A stretch of 64,000 nucleotides of DNA, taken from positions 271,002,001 through 271,066,000 of the forward strand of contig OZ024742.1 of the NCBI GenBank assembly GCA_964016885.1. The letters are read 5' to 3'. The stretch comes from Eledone cirrhosa. Its lineage: Eukaryota. Within the stretch, counting starts at the first letter, position 1. Each line of letters begins with the position of its first letter. Shown one piece after another: positions 40,732-53,371 of the stretch. The notes below the pieces were generated by a model. The model did not search any database. It was given only the letters and a program-made list of their open reading frames with translations, and was not told the origin of the DNA. Made by a program: the position numbers and the translations under genes.

Positions 40732-43330
40732 TCAGAGCTGAGAATGGGTCGCAAGCGCCCGATAACGATACAGCCACTAGATTTGATGGATAGTTGCGAC
40801 ATGAGGGAGCATCTGCCGGAGAAATAAATAACCCCGGACCGACAGGCGTAAGCTACTAGTGGAGAGGGAGCAATGTGAGACACGTGCAACTCCAAATTAA
40901 CTCTCACAACCCAAGGCTTAAGCTGTGAGAAGACGATTAAAGGCCCCTTCTAAAAAAGTGTAATAGTAGTAGTTTTGGGAATCTACCCTATTGGTGACTG
41001 GCCTGAATAAGTCCACCAAAACGAAAATATGGTGACAGATAACGAACAGAATCATACCTTCTCGTCCTTTGTGGGAAATAAGAAGGGGCGAATTCGGGCC
41101 TTAGATGGAGGGGCCTTATCGCAAGATACATTGCAGTGTCCATTTCATTGCATTAAAACTGGCGATAGCTGTGAGAATGTGTTATAGACTGGATACCTAT
41201 AGGAAGGAGTAGTTGCCTCTTGAAGCTAAGGCTGAAAGATAGGTTTCTGTATGTTCTAAACAAGGAGTCCAAATGTAGCTCCTTCCTTGATGTAGTCAGT
41301 GCAGTGTTAGATGTAGATAATATAGAGTTATATAAGATGATGGGATACTTCAATGCACATATCGGCATGGAGCACCTGACATATACGTGTGTGTTTGGAA
41401 GGAACGGTGATCGCGATCTACAAACGAATAAAAGGGGCTTAATAGACTTCTAGCAATGGGTTCTGTATTACGAACAGCTTCTTCCCACACATATACAACC
41501 ATAAATATACATTCTATAAGGGTAATCAGGGATAGAAATCAATAATTGTTGTTGTTAATGTCTCTGATCTTTTCGATTCTGTGCTGAGTCTTTGACTTAA
41601 GGGAAGATAGGAGTTTGAAACGACCAGCATCATGTTATCTGCAAATTGAAACTACCTACATCCAAAGAAGCCGTCCACAAAATTGGCAGGTCCAGGTGGA
41701 CCTAGAGGATAAAGTGGCACGCGGTGGCGTATAAGGAAACTAAGAAGAGGAATGATGATATTATTGCATACAAATTCAGGAAACTAAATGAGTGGACTGA
41801 GGATGTTGAAATGGAGTGGTGATTGTTTCTGCTTCCGCTCTTTAATGCTGATGGTTTAACAGACTGTGTGTTGCGACAGATGGTAGCAAGACCCCGCTGG
41901 TTCAATCAAGTGGTCTAATATACCATCCAAGTAAAGAAAGAAGCCTACATATCTCGGCTTGGAAATAATACCTCCTTGTATTTGTAGAACAAGTTGGGAC
42001 GACCTATCAGAACGGAGAATATAAAAGCGTCTCAAGTTAAGACATGGGAGGATTTGGGGTTTAGCTGGAATCTGGCATCAGATCAGTAAACAAATTATTC
42101 TGGGATAACAGCCGTTGAGTTCGTTAAAAACGTGTCTGTTTTTTTCCTATCTATACAGACGTCTCGAGTTAGGACATGGGAGGATTTTGGGTTAAGCTGG
42201 AATCCGACATCAGATCATCAAATAAATTATTCTGGGAGAATATCCGTCGACTTCGTTAAAAACGTGTTCGGGTTCTTCCTATCTACACAGAAGTGCATCC
42301 TCGAAAGAATAAGATGAGAATACTTTGCTGATCTCTTAAACCCGATCACAACAGCATATTGTGATGTACACGAGGTGCTTCTGGAAGCGAAGAATAATTT
42401 CTCGAAGGCTGTGTTCACAAGAGAAATTAAAGGGCTTGAATGTGTGGAAAGGCTAATGTGGAGGATGAAATTCAGCCGGGGCTGTTCAAAAACATTAAAT
42501 AGAGAAGGTATTCAGCTGGCCTAGATCTGTGGAAAGGCTTCTCCGTAATACAAGTTTTCAAAAAGAGTGACACGAGAGTGCCCAAATTATAAAGGAGCCC
42601 CTTCTTAAGCCTCCCCGGTAAGGTCTATGCTAAGAGTCTGGAAAATAGATGAAAGCAAATTGTCAAGTGCAAGCTATCTGGTGAACGGTGTGGTTTTCGC
42701 CCCGGACGAAGTAGAGCCAACAAAATATTCACGTTGCAGCAGAAATCATGAGAATATTGCCATCTGGTATATTCAGTGACTGCGTTCCATGGGACCTGAA
42801 GTGAAACGTTTTACTAGAATTTGGGATCGAATATCAGATTCTTGTGGCTCTGATGTTTCTATTCGAAAGACCGAATAATCTTGTTCGGACAAATGGTGTT
42901 AAATCAAAACCATTTAATGTGGGTGTAAGAATCCGCCATGGGTGCGTATTGCTCCCTCTACTGTACATTATATCTATGAACATGATTGACATGCACAGCT
43001 GGGATGGAAATGGTTTAGGAACTGGGAGGTGTAGAATCAGACGGCTGGATTTTGAAGAAGGCATCGTCAAACGGTGAACTCCGACTTGCATATGACAGAT
43101 TTAATACCGCGTGCTTTACGGCTGCAATGAAAGTCAGTGCTGCGAAGTCAGACACTCGCCCTATGAAAGTAGCCCCCGAAGTGCACTCTAGAAGTGAATG
43201 GAGATCAACTGAAGTATACGGAGGACTTCAGCTACCTTGGAGCCCTGTTCATGAATGATGGAAGCCACAAGAATTATAGGAGCTTGTGTAGAAATGCGTC
43301 AGCATTATAATGCTGTAAGCAGAAGGCAGG
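40732..43330 (+). mobile_element. Heavily decayed RTE-clade LINE (APE and RT)
   Basis: MGYFNAHIG, GRNGDRDLQTNKRGLIDF, ITNSFFPH..HKYTF, LLSLPGKVYAKSLENR, CGFRPGRS, VRTNGVKSKPFNVGVRIRHGCVLLPLLY. Internal ~130-bp tandem duplication at about 42028-42292. Confidence 0.8.
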
Positions 43331-43384
43331 TAAGTGTAAAACCCACACTAACTATCTTCAATTCGGTATTCATGCTAACTATAA

Positions 43385-45850
43385 ACGTTATGAACTGACT
43401 ATTTTCTATTTTAATTTTTTATTTCATACTAGATTCTTAGATTCTAATTCTAATTTTAGATGTTTATACTTAGATGCTTAAGTTATAATGTGTCTATATA
43501 TTAATGGATGTTGAACAACTTATTTACAACTTATTTGGTGGTCTATTTAACGTTATTTAAGTTTGAACTATATAGTCTATGAAAGGTCTTATTAATTATG
43601 TGTAAACAAACATTTTAAATTTTGGAGCGTTCATTGATAATTTTATGTCTACTATTTATGATGTGGAGAGTCTATGTAGTACAGAGGACTCACCCCTTGG
43701 ATATAGATCCATTCATGTATGGAAAAGCATGTGAGATTTGACCAAGAAATGGAGTATTCAACTTGTTTACATTTTAGTGACTAAATCAGTTCCATCAGGG
43801 TTGTGCTAGATCTTTTATCAGCTCTTTTAATTGAGTGGCGATGGTTGTACCACATTTTCCTGATTCTAGTTGAATAAACACAAAATAAATGCGAAGTAAA
43901 AACGAGTAGTAAGGCTTGTAGATATATTAGTGCAACTTACTACTCGTTTTTACTTCGCATTCATACACATTATTATCCTCTAAACAATTATTATTCAATT
44001 TGCAAATATTACGATTTCTGCAATTGCAGTTACCATTCATTGTTCCCTCCCTGTGTCTGTGTGATCGGTGGTTTATCTCTTCTATGTTAATTGTGTTATC
44101 CCTGTTATGCACGTTGAGTCTATGTATGCTATCGTGAGTTATTTCCCTATCTTTAATTCCCAGATTTCTATTGTTAATATTCGGTATATTCTGGAGTATG
44201 CTTTTGGTAGTCGAGTAAGAAAGTTTGATTGTTTGTCGTTTAAAGTTTTCCCTGCATTAATGTGATCTAGGAAAATACCTAGTTAATGGGTTAAAGAAAA
44301 GCCTAGCTATATTCATTTATATTCCAAGGGATTATACAATAGAGCGGAACGGGATCTAACCCCCCATTGTGTGACTTTATAGTGGTATTTTAGTGGTAAT
44401 TTAGTTATATCTATTTGGAACCGGATTTGTCCTGCCTCTATTGTTTTGGGTTCCGGTATCCCTATTATTTCCATTACCATTAATGGTGTGTGTGTTAGTG
44501 TTTATGTCTATGGTTTGTTTGTGTCGATCAGAGAGTTTGCAATTATTTTTATGTATATACATGTACTCAATGTTATTCTGGTAACCTGCTCTAACTAATG
44601 CATTATTATGTTATCTAGCCTTACCATCAAAGATGTTCCTGTTAGTTGAGAGTCTAGAGATTATCTGTGCCTTCTTAACGTATTTAGGGTGGTTTGAGAA
44701 GTAGCTAACATAATTGAGGTTTTCATTCAATTTATGATATGGTTAGTATAGGCCAGAATTAGGGTTTAACTTTATGTCATGGAAGTTGGTTATTCTATTG
44801 TTATTTTCTATTTCTAGATCAAGGCTAGAAAATAAACAAGTGGCTAAAAGATAAATAAGTTGAACACTCCCTTACTTGGTCAAATCTCTCACATGGATTC
44901 CAATATATAAACGAATATATACCTAAAGGGTGTGACCACTGTACAACAGATTCTCTCCACATCATAAATAGTAAACATAACATTTCAATAAACGATCCCA
45001 AATTTTAAATTCATGTTTAAACAAAATTAATAAGACATTTCATAGAGTATATTATTGGTCGTCGATTGTAAACGATGATGACATCTTCTTTATTGTTGTT
45101 CACGTCTGCCGTGAGCACGAAGGTGGCTGTGAAGGCCGATCCTTGACTTGCAGGTCCGGGGACAGTGGGGCTGGGGAAGAGACCGAAGTCAGACTAGCAA
45201 CTCCAAGAGGCTACCTGTACCTCTTACCTCTACCTCTCACCCATCGCCTTATGGATTTGGGAGTGCACGCTAAAGAAGAAACATGTGCCGTAAAGGTTTA
45301 TAGCGAGAGGGCCAGTGCACAGTGACGGTCCCACTCACTCGGCCGCAGAAGCCAGAATCCGGTTTTATGGTCGACCGTACACGACCAGGGTCTTCCTTGT
45401 TTGCAGTCGATTGCCACGACGTCTGTAGTGCCTTGCCGTGCCCTAGCGCTCCACACCGCTTGCTGTTGCCGCCTTTGTCACCGTTGGAACGATGTTGTCC
45501 TCCTCCACTCACTCCGCCTGGTCCAGTCTTCTAATGCAGGGGCAGGCATCCCCTAACTAACTCACCGGGTGAGGGGACGTTGAGACCCGTCCGGCTACCC
45601 TCAACCTAGTTCGGCCAGCCAGCCAAGGCGGTTTACCGGGGTGTGGCCGCTGTCGCATGCTGCAGCATAGAGTATACAATTCAAACATAAATAATGTTAA
45701 ACTGACCACCACATAAGTAATTCAACATGCACTAATATATAGATACATTATAAATTCAGCATCAAAGTACAAATATCTAAACTTAGACTTAGTATCTAAG
45801 TGAATAAAATCTAGTATAACATACAAAAAAAAATAATATCAGTTCATGCT
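43385..45850. mobile_element. Old Penelope-like composite with inverted arms
   Basis: Minus strand NCNCRNRNICKLNNNCLEDNNVYECEVK (43927-44112) is a PLE Cys linker. 43385-43770 is a diverged inverted copy of 44850-45050 plus 45670-45850. Confidence 0.7.
45052..45665 (-). mobile_element. Bipartite non-autonomous RTE derivative (5' UTR fused to 3' end) with an 11-bp TSD
   Basis: TSD CATAGAGTATA at 45041-45051 and 45666-45676. The minus-strand 3' part translates to PHCPRTCKSRIGLHSHLRAH (RTE C-terminal finger). The GC-rich 5' part resembles RTE 5' UTRs. Confidence 0.8.
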
Positions 45851-46060
45851 TTCCTCACTAGAAATTAAACGACAAATCTGGTAACTACTGGAGGATAATT
45901 TTCGGACATAGGCTTCCTAATCGGCGAAGAGAATAACTGGTATGAACGGATATTTACATCTGGTGGTGATTTTTGTCTGAAGAAAACAAGTAGGGCAGTT
46001 GTTATAGAACTACATATACTTCTTCGAAATATGTATATTATTATTATTATTATTATTATT

Positions 46061-49000
46061 GGTCAAATCGGACGTATTTTGCTCGCTCACATCAAGTCGC
46101 TTTATTTGCCTGTTAAAATTATTTGTTGTTAAATATTTTTTGTTGTGTAAGGGATATAAACACTTGGACTTTGCCCTGTGAAGGGGAAAGTATAATATCT
46201 GGGCCTTTTGGCCCAAATATTTGAACTTTTTTACATGTTAAAAAATTTACGGAGAAAAAAAAAATGGCTGAGCCACGACACCCAGCGATATGTCTGCTGT
46301 CAAGTGACAACGACGTAGAATTTGAGAGGAGCGCTACAGCGAAATTAACACACATTGATAACACAACACCACCACAAACAATGTAAACAAAGACACCAAT
46401 GATACCAATTTGGAAAAAATGACATATAACAGCGACAACGAAAATACAGATAACAAAAAAAAAATAACAAATGCAACAACAATATCAACACCACTAATAT
46501 GAAAACAAATAGCGACAACACCAACAGCAACGATACCAACTGCACCGTGAACGACAGTGGCAACAGAGACAACAATGATAACAGCGACAGTGATAACAAC
46601 AGCAACAAGAACAACGACAACGACAACACCCCCAACGAAAACAAGAAGAACACTTTCGCTGCGGCAGCACCAAAAAAGAGGCCATGCTTCAACATGGACC
46701 TCTTAAGGGATGAAAAGTTGGCACAGGCATGGAAGCTCATCAAGCAAGAGCAAACCTGGGCCAACGTAACTGTCCCGGTAGAAGCTATTGAGGCAATGGA
46801 ACGCAGAACGGTGCATTATAGATGCATCTCAGCACAAACCTAAAGGGCAGCTTAAATCCCACAAGAAGATGTCGAAATTGCGCTGAGGTGCATCAGAGAA
46901 GACACCGAATACATAGAGAGGGGCAGACACTACGGCAACATTTCAGTGTTGTTCAAGTCAGAAGCCCTCTCTATGAAACACGCTATGCATCCTTGCAAAA
47001 CCAGCAGGGTCATAATGTACCCCTCCCACATGGGAAAAAGAACGTCCCGTCTCCGCATTCCCAGAATCCCACCAGGACTTGACATGTGGTGGCTTCTGGA
47101 TGTGTAATTGTGGAGGGGACGGATACCGTCCCTATAGAAGTGACCCGAACGGCCAGAGAGAACTGGTCCGAGGTTGACCTGGAGATCCTTCTCCAGATCA
47201 GGCCCGAGAATTTGAAGACAATCCCGGACAACATCCGCCTTCAGAATGGGACGGTCATTCACATTATGACCGAAGGCAAAAGGCCGCAGTGTTTTGTTTG
47301 TGGGAAAAAAAATACATTTGCGAGCCTTCTGCACTCAACTGCTGAAAGAGGCAAGTGGTCGAAAGGCTCCACTGCTGCCGACGCCGGGTCGAGGACCACA
47401 ACCAACACCAGCTCCGGCAAAACCACCAACAACAACACCAATAGAAAGACCACCAACAACATTGACCACCCAAGGGGGAAACGAGGAAAGCTGTCAAATT
47501 CCCCCTCCCCCCAAAAAATACACACACCAATAAAACCATAAATATATATACATACACACTTACAGACCCCTCATCTACAAGTAGTGAAGATGAGGGAAAA
47601 CCAAAATCCCCCAAAATAGAATAAAGGAAACACAAAAAGAAAAAAAAAATCAACAAAGCACAAAATCACCCCCAATAAAAAACACAGACACCACTCACGC
47701 AAATATCTCTTCAATAACACCAACATCAACACCACCATCACCAGAAGCCCCCAAACGCAAACATCCTAAACAGACGCAAGAACAAATATACACACAAAGA
47801 TCTGAAACCACAGACACCGCACTCACAACAAACACAGACACAACCGAAACAACACGACCAAAACCTTCACCACCACAGCCATGCAAACAAATAAAATCAC
47901 ACCAACAAAACATACAAAACTTCGTGATCGTCAAGAGTGCCAACAGGGAACTGATGGCCCTCGTAGTGCGAAGTGAAAATATACAAAAAGAGGGGGAAAT
48001 TTTTAAATCGAGCACATTTCGCGTGCCGGAAGATTTGGTTCTGGTGCGAATGTCGAATGATGTATATAAAGAAACACGAGACATCTTTCCTTGGGACGTA
48101 GGAACGCCGAACGTAAAACCAACTTCAAGACTTTTAAAGGGGCTCCCAAAAGAAACCCCCACCAACTATGGAGGTCGAACAACCCGACCTTCACAAGAGC
48201 CCGGAACAAGGCCGTATTATGAGTAGGATGTTTAAATGTTCGAGACCTGGGATCGTCCTGGAAGCAGGATCACCTGGTTAATGACCTCAGGTCTCTAGAA
48301 ATGGATGTAATTGCCGCCAGCGAGACCAGGATTTCCGACACGCGCACACTAGCCCCCATTTTAGACGACTATCAGATTTTGCATCTTTTAGCCGGCCGGG
48401 AATAGGAGGCGAGGTGTAGGTGCTGTTTAGGAAAGGCCTGGATCTCGAGGTAGGTCGATCTTCCGGGACCCGGATGGGAAGTTGGTGGTCCTGGACTTGA
48501 ACAATAACGAAGGTGGTGCCTTTAGACTGGTGGCCGTCAATATTCATATTGGGGCAGGACGGCCGGACATCTTTAGACGCCTGGAAGCCTTTCTGGTCAC
48601 CTCTCGCCCTTTACTGTTAGCGGGGGACTGGAACGCTAACTTAGACGTACGCTGGGACTGTGTGGGTGTATCCGATAGGAGCGCGGGGTGCAAAAGCCTC
48701 AAGAACCTGATCAGCCAATTCCAACTGTCTGACAGGTACCGACTAGATTACCCTAATGCGACAGTGTGGACCTGGGCTAACCCCATAGGGTCATCCAGAT
48801 CGTATATAGACAGGATATTCATTAGGAAAATAGACGGAAATAGTGTAAGCTGTCCACGTTTTGAAATGGTCGCCTATTCAGATCACAAGTTTGTGATCTG
48901 TATGGTCGACCTAGATAAGACGTGTAGGTTAGGACCTGGTTACTGGAAGCTAAACATGTCATTTCCGGCACGTAAGGCTTACAGGGACCAGTTCAACAAT

Positions 49001-51866
49001 TTAGTTAAGAAAAAGTTAACAGGGGGAGTGGTCTACAATAGATGGTGGGGGCTCTCAAAAGATCGATTAGAGTAATGTCGATAGAGTTTAGCAAAGAAGT
49101 AGCGTTAGAGAAAAATAGAAAGGAGGGGGAGTTGGTAGATAAGGTAGACGAGACTATTGGTAGTGGCATTGCAACTGACGTGTTAGCGGCGAAAATGGCA
49201 TTAGAAAATTTCTTCAATGCGTAACACGAATGTTGCATTGTCAGAACTGAGGCGCGTGCTCTGAGAAACGAGGGAACCAAAGCTGTTCGATGGGCCCGCG
49301 TGGCAGAGGCACAGCATGGTAATAAAACCACGATTCGGTCTTTGACGGGCGGAGACGGACACGAGCTGAGCGATTCCAAGAGGATGTGTGAGGCCTTTCG
49401 CCAACATTTTGCTCGGTTCTTCGGGGGAAGTGGCGGGTCAAAGATGGTGGCGGTCTTCAGTCCCTACCTCGATGGCTTGCCGCAACTCTCGACGGCTGAC
49501 GCTGGGCGCTGCGAAAGGCCAATTACTTCAGCCGAGATTCAGGATGCCCTTGTCGGCTGTATGTGGCGCAAGTAAACCCTGTTTGGATGTTTAGCCCTAC
49601 GAGCTTTACGTAAATATGCCAGACTTGTTCTCCAATCTCTTCGAAGCCCTCTACTGCAACTGGCAGCAAAACGGGAGTATTCCCAGTTCTGTGAGCCGGG
49701 GCGTAGTGACACTGATAAAGAAAGACAAGAACAAGAGGGACACATTAGACAATTTCAGACCCATAACTCTGCTCAACACAGAGTTTAAGATTTTGGCCAG
49801 GGTGTTAGCGAAGTGGTTGGCGCTTGTCGTCGGGGATTTGGTTGGGGATGCGAAAATTTGCGCAATCCCAACCAGGTCCATACACGACAACCTTCACCTA
49901 ATGCGATACATCATAGAGAGGGTAGGGTGTAAACCTTGCTTCGGTGGTGCTCTGATCAATTTAGATCAATCGAAAGCATTCGATAGAGTCGACCATCGGT
50001 AACTGGAAGCTGTCCTCAAGGCGGCTGGCTTCGGCCCCGACTTCAGAAGATGGATCGCTGCAATGCACAGAGGCACATGCTCGATGGTCAAAATTAATGG
50101 CCACCCCTCGGAACCGTTTCAGGTCTCCCGATAGGTCCGTCAAGGATGCCCTCTCTCCTCCCTTCTGTACGTATTGAATCTCGAGCCTTTACTGCGGAAG
50201 CTGGAGCTGTTGCAGGGCATCCCGCTCGAACCGGGACGCGGAAAGACTGTGTCGGCTTATGCGGACGACATCACCATGATGGTGTCGGACACCTCAGAAA
50301 TCAAGGTGATCGGCAACTTATTGGAGGAATATGAAAGTTTGACGGGAGCAAACCTAACCCGGAAAAGTCGGTGGGCTTGCAACTCTGCACCTGGAGAGGA
50401 AAATCCATGCCGTCCAACGGCATCGTTAGGCGCAGAACGGACGGACGGGTGAAATTGCTATGGGTTTGGTTCGGGCCAGACCTCCAGGTGGATAAGAATT
50501 GGGACGATGTGACGGGCAGGGTAGCCAGACTCACCCAGAACTGGGCTGGGATCAAGCTATCACTGAAAGGTCGAGCGGAGGTGGCGAACGCGTACAACGC
50601 ATCCTTCATCTACTGCCGGCTGACCGTCGTCCCTTGCCCCCGTTCGCGCCTCGCCATCTTGGAGCGGCTCCTCTTAAAATTATTGTGGAGGGGTCAGGTT
50701 CCGTTGGTGAAGCGGTCCATCTGCTGCCAGCACCCTCTACGTGGACGGCTGGGCATGCCGTCGCTAATGATGCCCAGGCACGCCAGATATTCTCCCTAAA
50801 AGGTGAACAGGTGTGGTCGCCGTTTGTCAGATGGGCCTTTCCGCAGCTCGTTTCTTTGACTGAGCTGCAGTCCCGGGTCAAGAAGAAACCGAGACTGGGT
50901 GACTGGCATCTGGAATGTTGCCTGGCACTCACGGCCCTCGACCAGGCGGGCAATGCGGTCAGTGGAACTTCCACTCTCGAGTTCTATAGAGGATTAGTGG
51001 TGGGCAAGTGCGACAACGCAATCGGAGAGGCTCTGGGAGTCAACGAAGTCGAACTAACCTGTCTGTGCCGGAGGACTTTCGAGCCGGGGACGATGGATAA
51101 TTTCCGAAAATCCTTCCCTTGGCAGTGCTACCAGGGGGTACTGTCGGTTCGAGATAAACTCTACAGGCACAGAAGTGCTGTCAGACGGACCTGCCCGAGA
51201 TGGGCGCAGAGCGTCGAAACCGTTCTGCACGCACTCGTCCAGTGTCCGTGCATTACTGACTTGTCGAGTTATGTTGAACTGCTTTTGTCGCGTGTAGAAC
51301 GGATCCGGCTATCGGCCGAGTCCATAGTGAAGATCGACCCGCCGCCTTATTTTGGCCAGGAAGGGCAGGCAATTTTCCTCTGCCTGGTGGCTGTAGCGAA
51401 AGAGGTTGTATGGTGGACGAGGTTGAAAGGACTGAAGACAGACGATTTTCTCTTCGGCCAATCCCTCATCAACTTTTTCAAGTTTCACTTGGAAAGGAAG
51501 GTGAGGGTGGAGAGAGAAGTGCTGCCCCCCCCCCCAGTACATTTGCTGAAAGGTGGGTGAATTTGGCGACAATGGCCCGTGTGATTGGGCCTATTCTGGT
51601 CATGCGGCTGTAGGTAGGTAAATTTGAGGCGGAGAAGGGGTGCCCTTCCTGGGTGCTCTCGGAGCGTCTGGTCGTTCAGGATTGGTGGGGTACCTGAGCG
51701 AACCCTGGGTGGTCATCCCCCTATTGGGGAATTTTTTCTTGTAATTTTATTGTTACTTCGTTATTGTGATTCATATTGTTTACTCGATTTTTTCTGTAAA
51801 ACCCCACTGTCCCAGTCTTTTGTATTGTCTCCTATATGTCGGCCCTTGTGGCCAATAAATGAAATC
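46061..51866 (+). mobile_element. Second, older Tx1/L1-clade LINE subfamily, full length, in (ATT)n
   Basis: ORF1 from ATG 46264 (EGKRPQCFVCG). ORF2 about 48215-51613 (AGDWNAN, SYIDRIF, SDH, FRPITLLN, LDQSKAFDRV, YADD) with many disruptions. Ends AATAAATGAAATC-(ATT)n. Confidence 0.92.
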
Positions 51867-51884
51867 ATTATTATTATTATTATT

Positions 51885-51932
<48 letters not shown>

Positions 51933-52458
51933 TAAAGATGACGGCCGCATGTAGCGACAAACGTTTGGCAAAACGTCTGGAAGAAACAGCACCAGTTTTG
52001 CACCATAGATGTAACTTTTTCGAAGAGGGAGAGGGTATTTGTGTCTACTAAATTTCCTTATTATTGATTAAAGATATTTTATCATTTATCTAAATATTCA
52101 CTTCTTTAAATGTTTAAATATCAACACATCCGGTTAGGGATCGCTTAAATAAACATTAATATCTTTTGCAGTTTATATATAATATCCTCTCTTTTTTAAT
52201 GTCTCATGGATTAAATTTCTCTGTATATTGTCAATGTCTATCCATATTAAAAAAGCTGACTACATTACTGATACTTTATTATATATTACATATATAATAC
52301 GACATTCCTTTCTCTTTCTTACTCTGTCTTTTTAGAAAGATACATAGCTATAACCTCGCGCGCTTATAATATCTGTATGTATTGTCTGCCTGTCTGCATT
52401 GACTTCACTTTTAACCAAATTTTAATTAATTATATATATATAATTACAAATACGTGTA

Positions 52459-52938
52459 CATATTTTCAACAGTAATACTGTACTAAATATTTTCAACAGT
52501 AATACTATACTATATATTTTCAACAGTAGTACTGTACTACATATTTTCAAAATTAATACTTTACTATACGATATATTTTCAACAGTAATACTATCCTATA
52601 TATTTTCAACAGTAATAATCTACTATATGTTTTCAATATTTATACTATACTATACTATATATTTTCAACAGTTATATTATACTATATATTTTCAACAGGG
52701 ATAATATATTATACGATATATTTTCAACTGTAATACTATATTATATATGTTCAACAGTGATACTATACTATATTATACATATTCAACAGTAATGCTATAC
52801 TATATATTTTTAACAGTAATGCAATACTATATATTTTCATCAGCAATACTATACTATACGTTTTCAACAGTCATAGAATACTATATTTTTACAACAATAA
52901 TAATATACTATACTATATATTTTCAACAGTAATACTGT
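52459..52938. repeat. AT-rich minisatellite with a ~27-33-bp unit (TATTTTCAACAGTAATACTATAC...)
   Basis: About 16 diverged units are directly visible. Confidence 0.9.
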
Positions 52939-52988
52939 ACAACATAGACGGCTTATCGTCTGTTTATCCAAGCAAAGCTAGGTACGTC

Positions 52989-53027
<39 letters not shown>

Positions 53028-53151
53028 ACAAGCCAATGGTAGCCGGAAGCCAGCCGGACAGGCCAGATAGTATATGATATTTATAATAAACAAGAAAGAG
53101 GTTTCATTTTTACATCCCTATTTCTTTTGTTATTAAATCCATATATAAATG

Positions 53152-53227
<76 letters not shown>

Positions 53228-53340
53228 AACCAGTAAGACCCCTGGGGTCTTACTGGTTCCTATTACCCACTCTACTACCTCAAGTATTGAGTACTTTGGT
53301 GCGTTATGGTCCACCTGGTTCCTTACCACATTTCCTTCGT

Positions 53341-53371
<31 letters not shown>

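Noticed and set aside
40825-40875. Twister-like motif in the RTE 5' region (TAACCCC...AAGC...GGAGAGGG)
   Set aside because: The required stems and pseudoknots could not be formed.
52345-52992. Helitron/Helentron boundaries around the minisatellite
   Set aside because: The terminal motifs are too degenerate to support a call.
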